From positions 248,001-312,000 of IMG/VR virus record IMGVR_UViG_3300025133_009608: 64,000 bases of DNA; one strand, given 5' to 3'. The first letter of the stretch is position 1. Each line of letters starts with the position of its first letter. Both the position numbers and the translations under genes were made by a program. Under the pieces are notes generated by a model. That model was not told the origin of the DNA. It was given only the letters and a program-made list of their open reading frames with translations, and made no database searches. This document shows positions 25,727-34,101 of the stretch, piece by piece.

Positions 25727-26831
25727 AGTTTTTAAACCGATCTTTCTTTAAAATTTCTTCAATTCTACTCCCGACGGCCTCTATTGTCATGGTTTTTGAT
25801 ATATTTTTTGCGTTAATGACCTTGTCGGCTATGTCTTCGTTATTCTCGAATACGTTTCTCATATTTTTGCGCAAAGAAGAGGTGGAGGGATATGCCCAAT
25901 TCTGAGTCTTATTGTATAATGGCTGCCAGCCCATGCCCTTCACTGGGCCGATTTTGTGAGCAATTATATTTGCGCTATTTTCATCTAAAAATTCTGTTAT
26001 CCCGCCGAACTTTGTAGTTATCAAATGATTCCCGGCCTCAATGGCATCATGAATCGGCATCCCCCATCCTTCGCCGCGATGCGGAGCCACATAGCAGTCG
26101 CCATAATTATGAATTGCTTTAATTTGCTCAAATGGAATTTTTTCGTCAATTAAGTATACTTTTGGATAAAACTTTTTATTTAGTCTTCTCTTTATATTTA
26201 TAATATCAAGATAAATCTGCTCTTTTTTGTACTTATCCGGATCGAGCTTGCTGGTTTTTATAAGCAATAAAACCTTATCCTTCCGGGCGAACTCGTTGTA
26301 ATAGGCCGTTAGTAGCTCTTTGTACCCCTTTCTCTCGTGCCATTGAAATATAGAATAAAACTTAAATACATCATCCGATATTAAAAGCTCAGAAGTTGCC
26401 GGGGACGGAACCGCCACAGTTAGCGCTGAGGAGCTCCAGATGGACGGGGTTGGCACGACCTCTATGTGACCTTTAAAGCCAGCCCTGCGACAGGCTGTGG
26501 CGACCAGTTCGCATGGTGCCCATATCTCATCCAAAAACTTTATAGAACTACGCCAAGGCGTGGGCAAAGCATCCGCCTCCCAGTAGAAATAGCCTATTTT
26601 ATAATTATTTGACTTATGCTGGCTAAAGGGTGGCATATTCAAATATAAATCAATTTTGGGCGAACCAGAAAAGTTATTTAGCTTGATGTTAAAATCCGAA
26701 GGGCTTGAGCTTAATTCAAATTTTGTATTTACATCCGACCCAGACAACGCGAGTGCAAAAGCTCTACTGGCATTTGCATACCCAGAGGGGCCCGAGGTTT
26801 TTGCGAAATATCTTATTGAAGGCAGAGGCAT
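25719..26831 (-). CDS. GT4-family glycosyltransferase
   Basis: SGYANASR, YFYWEAD, QWHERKGYKELLTAY, APHRGEGWGMP. Confidence 0.82.
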   Translation of the reverse strand: MPLPSIRYFAKTSGPSGYANASRAFALALSGSDVNTKFELSSSPSDFNIKLNNFSGSPKIDLYLNMPPFSQHKSNNYKIGYFYWEADALPTPWRSSIKFLDEIWAPCELVATACRRAGFKGHIEVVPTPSIWSSSALTVAVPSPATSELLISDDVFKFYSIFQWHERKGYKELLTAYYNEFARKDKVLLLIKTSKLDPDKYKKEQIYLDIINIKRRLNKKFYPKVYLIDEKIPFEQIKAIHNYGDCYVAPHRGEGWGMPIHDAIEAGNHLITTKFGGITEFLDENSANIIAHKIGPVKGMGWQPLYNKTQNWAYPSTSSLRKNMRNVFENNEDIADKVINAKNISKTMTIEAVGSRIEEILKKDRFKNYG

Positions 26832-28354
26832 CAGACGTACCTACCCACTAGAATCTCAGAATCTCCATCATTTCTCTTGTAAAATACAGAATCCGGAAGA
26901 ACCCCAGATAAAAACTTAGCGGATATATCCTTTATATCATGATTATCTCTAACATACTTTGATGCAGCTCTAACTACATCGCTATTTTCGATATTTTCAG
27001 ATATCAATAAAGCATTTTCAGATTCAATATCACCGATAAAAAATCCATTAACTCCATTCGAAATAATATCTGGAATCCCTCCAACTTTAGGCATAAAAAC
27101 CGGAACTCCGGATGCCATAGCTTCAAGCATTGAAATGGGAGTTCCTTCCATTGTTGATGTAGAGAGAAATGCATCAAATAATGAGTAATATTTATGCACA
27201 TCCCTCTTATGTCCGAAAAACCTAACGTTCTCCCCTGCGGCCTGCCTTAGTCGTCCAAGCTCGGGGCCGGAGCCTATAATTAAAAAGGTAAAATCCTTCA
27301 TTTTTTTAGCAATATCTAAAACTCTATCTATATTTTTCTCAGATGAAAGCCTTGAAACAACTCCCACAGTCGGCCGATTGATTGGAAGATTATTTTGGAC
27401 CCGAAACTCTCTCCCATCCCGATTGCAAAATCTGTCTAGATCGATCCCAACTGGTATAGTTGTGACTCTATTCTCTTCGACTCCTTCGATATCAAGACAC
27501 AAAGATGATGATACTTTAAATATCTGATCAACTCCTCTTCTCGACTTTATGCTCGAGACCGAATCAGACCACTCGAAGTCGCTATGATAAATTTCAATTA
27601 TTCTAGATGATATCGCACCAGTAGACACCAGCGCAGAGATCTTCTCGTAAACCCTTTTGCTATTATAATAAATAACAACATCGTAACCTCTTGAGGAGAT
27701 AAGCGCCCCGAGACGATCAACGCCGCCAACCCTGGTGTGCTTTACTCTCTTATTGCTGCAAGCTCCGACGAGCGGATTTTTCCCAAGATATAGTAGTTCT
27801 ATAGAAAGCATTTTGGAGTCTATATTGTCCAATATGCTCTTTATATATATCTCTGCCCCTCCATAAATTCCATACGGGATGACGATGGCCAATGTGCTTG
27901 GGTCGGCGGTCCCAAATCTCGAAAGCAACTCTAGATCTGTTCGTTTTATGCTATTTTGTTTGCTCTTTTTCTTTTTTATCGGAAGCGCTCGGCTCGAAGA
28001 TATGACGACTCTTCCAATTTCCACTCCACCGATTGCCCCACCGGGTCTAGTTATTCTTATTTTTCCAAAAAAAGGCTCCGGCGCAGAAATCGGAAAAGAA
28101 GACTCCGACCAACTCGTGCTAGATAGTGAAATTTTTTCATCCAACAATATTATATTATCTTTCGACAAAATCTGGAGCCTCGCTGGGCCGTTTCCCGAGC
28201 GCTTCCGCCCTATAACCTTTATCCTTCCTTCGGCCGGTATCCTTGCCGGGTGCTCTGCGATTCCCCTGGGATTTAAATGAACGGTCTTCTCTGTCCCAAC
28301 ACGAATCCCGCTTCCAAACCATTTAAAATCCCTAGCGGAGTCGAAATCTCTCAT
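26831..28354 (-). CDS. GT4-family glycosyltransferase with extra N-terminal beta-sandwich-like domain
   Basis: YGGAE, PVGIDL, VSRLSSEKN, STMEGTPISMLEAMASGVPV. Start moved to ATG 28354, which makes an ATGA overlap with the upstream stop. Confidence 0.85.
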   Translation of the reverse strand: MRDFDSARDFKWFGSGIRVGTEKTVHLNPRGIAEHPARIPAEGRIKVIGRKRSGNGPARLQILSKDNIILLDEKISLSSTSWSESSFPISAPEPFFGKIRITRPGGAIGGVEIGRVVISSSRALPIKKKKSKQNSIKRTDLELLSRFGTADPSTLAIVIPYGIYGGAEIYIKSILDNIDSKMLSIELLYLGKNPLVGACSNKRVKHTRVGGVDRLGALISSRGYDVVIYYNSKRVYEKISALVSTGAISSRIIEIYHSDFEWSDSVSSIKSRRGVDQIFKVSSSLCLDIEGVEENRVTTIPVGIDLDRFCNRDGREFRVQNNLPINRPTVGVVSRLSSEKNIDRVLDIAKKMKDFTFLIIGSGPELGRLRQAAGENVRFFGHKRDVHKYYSLFDAFLSTSTMEGTPISMLEAMASGVPVFMPKVGGIPDIISNGVNGFFIGDIESENALLISENIENSDVVRAASKYVRDNHDIKDISAKFLSGVLPDSVFYKRNDGDSEILVGRYV

Positions 28355-29442
28355 ACTAGGTCCAAGATTTGATTTGCTGCATTTTCCCAAGTAAACTTTT
28401 TGAGCGTCTCTTTTCTTTCATCCGAGAATTCATCTAAAATTATAGCCTTATTGAGATACATGCGCTTCATCTTATCGGCCAGGTCTTCAACCTCTGGGAC
28501 CCATATTTTTGCCCCGGGGGATGCCCTCCAGTATTGATACTTATCTCCGGCAGCAATCTCTCTGACATCTACGAGCAAGCTATTTTTCTCATTTAAAAAG
28601 TCTAGATGGCCAGAACAATTTGGAGCTATAACCGGAAGACCAGCGGCCATTGCCTCTAAAAACGGAAGGCCGAATCCCTCTGCCGAAGTTGCGCTAACAA
28701 GCGAATCACAAGAATTATAAAGAGGAATCAGGCTGTCATACTTTCTTTGTACGATTTCAATCTGAGGAAGACTTTTTCCTTTGTGCTTTTTTTGTACTTT
28801 TACAATCTCTTTTGCAATATCACATTCAAATTTAAATTTTGGCTTCTTCAGAGAGGTCTTTATTATCAGGCAAACGTCATCGGAAGCAGAAAATGCAGAA
28901 TAATAAGCATCAACCAGCATTCCTATGTTTTTTCTGTGATGCGCTATAGACACGTTAAGAAACTTAAATGATTTATTGGTCTTGATCGAATCTAACTTGT
29001 CTTTTCGGTCAAAATCTTCAATATTTATTCCATGAGGAACCACTATGCATTTATCTTCAGGCCAGCCAGATTCTACAAATACCTTTTTAGAGTATGAACT
29101 CGACGGCAAGACGTAATCCACATGCTTTATCTCGGGGAGCCAAACCCCCGGTAGGATACTGGACTCGTAATTATATATTGCAAGCTTTAAGTTTGACTTG
29201 CCGCGAAATCGCTCTTTAAAGTTCCGAGGGAGGGTATATGTGATGTCTATGTCCGGATCTTTGACCTCTCTCTTTGTCTTTTTCATCCAATCTGGCGGAA
29301 ACATTTCATACCCGTTTATTGAATTAAGATATAAGTCATGACCCTTTGCATCAAACTGAGCAAGAAGGCTTCTGATTGTTACGGCCCAGCTATGGCTGGT
29401 TCCGAGCATGGCTTTGCTTCTGATCTTTAACGTCTTGGGCAT
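28351..29442 (-). CDS. GT4-family glycosyltransferase
   Basis: HSWAV, YNYESS, VPHGIN, HHRKNIG, EGFGLPFLEAMAAGLPVI, FTWENAA. Confidence 0.85.
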   Translation of the reverse strand: MPKTLKIRSKAMLGTSHSWAVTIRSLLAQFDAKGHDLYLNSINGYEMFPPDWMKKTKREVKDPDIDITYTLPRNFKERFRGKSNLKLAIYNYESSILPGVWLPEIKHVDYVLPSSSYSKKVFVESGWPEDKCIVVPHGINIEDFDRKDKLDSIKTNKSFKFLNVSIAHHRKNIGMLVDAYYSAFSASDDVCLIIKTSLKKPKFKFECDIAKEIVKVQKKHKGKSLPQIEIVQRKYDSLIPLYNSCDSLVSATSAEGFGLPFLEAMAAGLPVIAPNCSGHLDFLNEKNSLLVDVREIAAGDKYQYWRASPGAKIWVPEVEDLADKMKRMYLNKAIILDEFSDERKETLKKFTWENAANQILDLV

Positions 29443-29493
29443 GGCATGATTTTACCAAAAAAAGTACCAATAATTGAAAATACTAAATTAAAA

Positions 29494-32400
29494 CTAACTA
29501 TCTGCCCCAGCTCCCAAGTTGCATGGCCACGGTCCGTCCACATATGACCCAACTCTTGTATCCGCAACAACAAAGAAGCATAGCTCGTCTTCTTCGAATG
29601 CCTCTATATCGGAGCACAGCCCCAGGCCAATCCTGTCGAGATCTTTAATGTTCACTTCAACGTCGCCATTAACAAATCCTGACTTCTTAAGGTAAATTCC
29701 AAAGTTTAAAACGGTTCTATTCTCAGCGTTTAGAGCATCATATAAAACATTTTTAGTTCTCAATGTGGCAATTCCAGTCTGGGGATCTAATGATACCCCA
29801 ACTTTAAATATAACTCCAGTCGTAACGTCTTCATAGAGAATTTCCAGGGTTATATCCGCCCCAACCTCAATGCTTGTTGTTGCGTCCGTGCTCGCCTCAA
29901 TCAATATCGCCTTATAATACCCCGGCAGGTGGCCGGACTGGGATAACCAGAAAATAACATGCGAGGTCACGTCGACCTCAAAGGTTTCCCCAACTGCGAC
30001 TTCTCCTGGCACAAATGTTGACACGAAAGAATCATTGTGCTCGAGCGGATAATCAAACAATGCGCCCAAGTTATCTGCATTCATTATATTATATGGAGTT
30101 ATGTTAAACTTGTCGTACGATAATATCGGTTGATATGCGGTCATTTTCAAAGATGCAGATACAATATTTGTTTTGGACGTAAGATTAAGCGGGAATGTAG
30201 CAGTAACCCTGCTTGCCCCCGCTAGGGCGTCTCTTCCGACAATAATTGACTCTCCGAGCAAATTATCTGACTCTAAATCCGACTGGAGAACCACCTCATG
30301 CAGCCTAACTGCGAAGTTTACGCCAGCACTCGGTGTATCATAATTTGCAACCTCAAAGTCTACAGTAGCATCGCCTATGCCGGGGTGAAGATCTGGGTTT
30401 TCGCCAATCCTTATATACTGGCCGGTCGGATTTGCCAAAACATCTATTGAGTTGTCATCAAAATAGTATGCAGTTACTACCTCATTTACTCTGCGCACTC
30501 TAAACAACATGTCTTCGCCCAGCTTCTCTGCGTAATCATCAAAATAATCAAAATCGTATATCAGAGCACCATCTGCATTAAAAATCTCTCCGCTAAAAAA
30601 GACTCCAAGGCCATGTCCCGCAACCTCTCTCCATCCAACCTTTAGCTCCGCCCAGGTTCCGTCATCATTTACTATGTCTATCGTAGAGAAGAAAGAGGCC
30701 TTTCCGGTGAAAAATAGATCGCTCTCCCACGCGCTCCTCGCTGCTCGAAAATCTATAATAAAATCTCCAGACATTCCCGGCGCGGCTGACGGGTACTCTA
30801 CTCTTCCGTATTTTTCCGTTGAAAACTCTATTGTTGTAATGTCAAACTTTATTCCGCGAGTTGACTTTGTTCCATCGTCCTTATCTATTGCCAAAACAGA
30901 GGATGACGCATTCCCAAGAGACTCTGCCCATTCGGAAAAGTATATATAAGAACTCTCACTGAGCTCCTCTCCTATGAGCTCAGTGGCCGTTGTGGCCTCG
31001 GCCTCATCTGCATATCCATCGACAACGTACCCGTCGACCAGGGCGTCAACATGAAGACTTGCAATGGCTTTCGAAAACTTAACCCTACCCTTTGTAATGT
31101 CGGTATCAGTAGCCGAGTCCTCACAGCCAACGTATGTCCCATCCGAAAACTTCATAGCGGGATATCCAGACGCAGTAAAGCACTTCCCTTCATCAGACTT
31201 TATAAAGTTTGTATAAAGATTTATGCTGCAGCCCTCGATACTGCCAGGCGGAAGGGGTATTGTTACGTTGGAGTACTCGAAGTCTCCATGATATGGAATC
31301 CCCGGCTCAGAGTAGATCTCTCCATTTGGAATGAACAAATCGTTTGCCAATATTTTTTGTGTTTTAAACTGAGGAGTACACAGGGACCCGTCAATGCACT
31401 TTGGCTCCTGACAGATGCAGGTTTCAATATGCTCTTCTATGAGGGTGGATTCAACGAACCTTCTTAAGTCACAAATATCTACAAACCTCTCGTCAAACGC
31501 GGCTCCTATGCTTGATATGGAATAATTCTTTTTGACAAATGGGACGCTCATCAAGTTTATGTTATCAGCAAAAACGTTTACCCTGGTTCCGCTAATAATT
31601 ATGACATTAAAGTCGGATGCTCCAGAGAATTCAACGTCTGCCCCGTCCATGCTGGAGACGACAACCGAAACGTCCAGACCAGATGTGCCGACGGTTTTGG
31701 CTGTAATTTCAAACTCTCCGGCATCCGCTTGGTCCGAGGGTATTTCGATCTTATCCCCGACCCTAATGGCGAGAGCCTCCAAATCAGAGGACGTAGAAAA
31801 TGAAATAACATTGCCTCCGGATGCAGATGAGCCGGACGATACGGAATCGGAAAATACCTCTGGATAATCAGATGATTCAAAAATATTCTCCAGCCGAAGC
31901 CTTAATATCTTAAAAGTCTCATCCGCAGAAAAATTTACATAGCCGTCTACAGCGTCTTCCATCAGCTCTATGTCTGTTCCGTCTACTGAGCCATCGGCAT
32001 TTAAATCTGCCTTTAGAAAGTCTATAATGCCAAACTCTCCGCCGAGAATTCTTCGCTCTGTTGTCTCCGAATTTATTGTATTTCCGACAACATTGAGTAG
32101 CTCTATTATATCGTTTGATGTAATCTCATTATCACCATCCAAGTCTCCGGTGAGAACCTCCTCGCATATTGCTTCTATTATTCTATAGCGAGATGTACAC
32201 TCACAATCTGTATCTGGAGTAATCACTTGCCCAACGAGGTTAGCGGCAACAAGGGCCGCCTCCGGGTTCACTATAACGACCTCATTGGCCTCGATCATTC
32301 CCGGGAGATCAATCTCTCCAGAGAATATGCTTGAATCCCGAACGTTTTTATCTGAAATTTTGCCAAGGAATATACTTGGATTATTATAATCCAGGCTGTC

Positions 32401-34047
32401 CAGATCTTTTATCATTCCAAAGGATGGGTAGTCTTCTATTTTTGAATAAACAAGATTCCCAGTTCTTGGATGAGTCTTGGGGTCTGAAAACTTGTCTTCT
32501 CTAGAAAGAGTTAGATAGTTTGTTCCGCCCTCCGATACATCGCTTATGGATATATTTCTCTCGAATTTTGATATATGAGTTCCGCCAACATATTCTTCTG
32601 TTTTTGGAAGAGTTATTGGGGTTCCATCACTTGCATATGCAGAGCCATTGGTAACTTCTATGGAGTCGGAATGAATAACAAACCACAAAGATGCCGTTAT
32701 ATCATCAACATAAACTCTATTTTTTGAGTCATATTCTACATACCTGCTCTGCTGGCGACCGAATCGCTCTGTTACCGATAGGTCTTGCCCGTTGTCTTCT
32801 TTTCTAGATACGGCATCATATCCCTTCTCGAGGAGTATCGTGCCGGTTTTATTGCTCCCTCTTCTGGAGATTAAAACGACGTAGTATTTATCGACCTCCA
32901 TCGATGGTTCGATATCGGGGTCTGCAATCAGCATATCAGCAAAATTAAAGCTGACTATCTTCGGCGTGCTGCTAAGCTCGTATCCAAGATCTTTCAAGTC
33001 CTCTTGACTATAGGCTCTTTCCGCTATTGGCTCTGGCTCGGGATCAAAATCAATGAAGTTATCCGGGACATGATCTGAGGAGCACTTTGTTTCTGTTGAC
33101 AGCTTGTGAATTGATACAACTATATCTCCAGAAAATTCATACTCAAGGCCCGCATCAGCATCCAGGTCTTCCTCTATCGATACCAACAAATCGACCCTCT
33201 GGAGGTTATTTGTTCTAGATAGAAACTTCTGACCGTACATCGGAGAATCCGACGAAGCAGCCGCAAAAGACACCTTGCTTTCTGATTCTAGCTCAATGTA
33301 TAAGTCAGATATTGAATTCTCGGACCCCAATAAGTCTATTATTTCATCTTTTATCGTCTTTTCTGGATCCGAGCTTATAAAATTAGAAATTCCAATATTT
33401 GGAGACTCAACCTGAAAGGACGAGGTCGTACGTGCGAAAACCTTTAGTGGCTCAGCCTCTCTGAATATAAAGCCGCCACCGGCATCTGAAATTGAATTAA
33501 GGCTTTCAGCATATGACAAAAACTCTGTTCTTCCAGTCCCTCCGGAGAAGTTATTGAAAATAACACCGGAAATACTAGTATAGTAATTTTCTGTAACTTG
33601 CACTTCATTATCTTTAAACTCTAAAATCTCAGAGGTCAGAAGTCCCGAATCACCAATGCCGTTGAATCTTTTTCCTAAAATCAATACCTTTGCGGCATGT
33701 CTTCCTCCGAGATTAAGGCCGTGCGCCTCAACCTCGATCCTTTCTCCATGGGCAGAATCTGCCGGCTGTCGATCAAAATATACGGCAGAGCCGTCAAAGG
33801 ATCCAGATTCTATTTTGAATTCGGAAGGGTTTGCGCCAGAAGAGTGCGCCCCAGGAGCCGAAGTATCCAGAAGAATCCTCTCGCCAAACGGCGCATCTTG
33901 AACCACGCCACTTCCGTGAAAGTCAATATTTAGCTCAGATACTAGAGATCTATGATGAATCTGCTCTTCGTCTAAATCCCTCTCTGTAACCCGCTGCCCA
34001 TCAAAGAAGTTAATCCTTGGGGCATTGGCTTTTTTCATATTTCCCAT
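29494..34047 (-). CDS. 1517-aa putative virion (baseplate/tail) protein with a dockerin-type double EF-hand
   Basis: N-terminal RINFFDGQRVTERDLDEEQ (resembles the R-x-x-[FY]F-x-G-Q...DL..EQ start of tail/CIS proteins); GDLDGDNEITSNDI and ADLNADGSVDGTDI Ca-binding loops (about 31960-32150); AGGAG RBS; follows the baseplate genes. Confidence 0.65.
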   Translation of the reverse strand: MGNMKKANAPRINFFDGQRVTERDLDEEQIHHRSLVSELNIDFHGSGVVQDAPFGERILLDTSAPGAHSSGANPSEFKIESGSFDGSAVYFDRQPADSAHGERIEVEAHGLNLGGRHAAKVLILGKRFNGIGDSGLLTSEILEFKDNEVQVTENYYTSISGVIFNNFSGGTGRTEFLSYAESLNSISDAGGGFIFREAEPLKVFARTTSSFQVESPNIGISNFISSDPEKTIKDEIIDLLGSENSISDLYIELESESKVSFAAASSDSPMYGQKFLSRTNNLQRVDLLVSIEEDLDADAGLEYEFSGDIVVSIHKLSTETKCSSDHVPDNFIDFDPEPEPIAERAYSQEDLKDLGYELSSTPKIVSFNFADMLIADPDIEPSMEVDKYYVVLISRRGSNKTGTILLEKGYDAVSRKEDNGQDLSVTERFGRQQSRYVEYDSKNRVYVDDITASLWFVIHSDSIEVTNGSAYASDGTPITLPKTEEYVGGTHISKFERNISISDVSEGGTNYLTLSREDKFSDPKTHPRTGNLVYSKIEDYPSFGMIKDLDSLDYNNPSIFLGKISDKNVRDSSIFSGEIDLPGMIEANEVVIVNPEAALVAANLVGQVITPDTDCECTSRYRIIEAICEEVLTGDLDGDNEITSNDIIELLNVVGNTINSETTERRILGGEFGIIDFLKADLNADGSVDGTDIELMEDAVDGYVNFSADETFKILRLRLENIFESSDYPEVFSDSVSSGSSASGGNVISFSTSSDLEALAIRVGDKIEIPSDQADAGEFEITAKTVGTSGLDVSVVVSSMDGADVEFSGASDFNVIIISGTRVNVFADNINLMSVPFVKKNYSISSIGAAFDERFVDICDLRRFVESTLIEEHIETCICQEPKCIDGSLCTPQFKTQKILANDLFIPNGEIYSEPGIPYHGDFEYSNVTIPLPPGSIEGCSINLYTNFIKSDEGKCFTASGYPAMKFSDGTYVGCEDSATDTDITKGRVKFSKAIASLHVDALVDGYVVDGYADEAEATTATELIGEELSESSYIYFSEWAESLGNASSSVLAIDKDDGTKSTRGIKFDITTIEFSTEKYGRVEYPSAAPGMSGDFIIDFRAARSAWESDLFFTGKASFFSTIDIVNDDGTWAELKVGWREVAGHGLGVFFSGEIFNADGALIYDFDYFDDYAEKLGEDMLFRVRRVNEVVTAYYFDDNSIDVLANPTGQYIRIGENPDLHPGIGDATVDFEVANYDTPSAGVNFAVRLHEVVLQSDLESDNLLGESIIVGRDALAGASRVTATFPLNLTSKTNIVSASLKMTAYQPILSYDKFNITPYNIMNADNLGALFDYPLEHNDSFVSTFVPGEVAVGETFEVDVTSHVIFWLSQSGHLPGYYKAILIEASTDATTSIEVGADITLEILYEDVTTGVIFKVGVSLDPQTGIATLRTKNVLYDALNAENRTVLNFGIYLKKSGFVNGDVEVNIKDLDRIGLGLCSDIEAFEEDELCFFVVADTRVGSYVDGPWPCNLGAGADS

Positions 34048-34074
34048 TCACTGCTCCTAACTAACACATTGTCG

Positions 34075-34096
34075 ATATTAGCTTGATTATTAATAG
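34075..34096 (-). promoter_or_regulatory. Candidate late promoter CTATTAATAATCAAGCTAATAT
   Basis: Lies in the 54-bp intergenic gap and contains both recurrent cores (CTATTAATAATCAA and GCTAATAT). Confidence 0.45.
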
Positions 34097-34101
34097 AGCC
34101 A

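Noticed and set aside
12013-29442. Reading the sugar cluster as a cellular O-antigen/capsule locus
   Set aside because: No wzx/wzy/wzz/ABC transporter or initiating transferase; it is co-oriented with phage baseplate genes on one side and polyvalent effector genes on the other.
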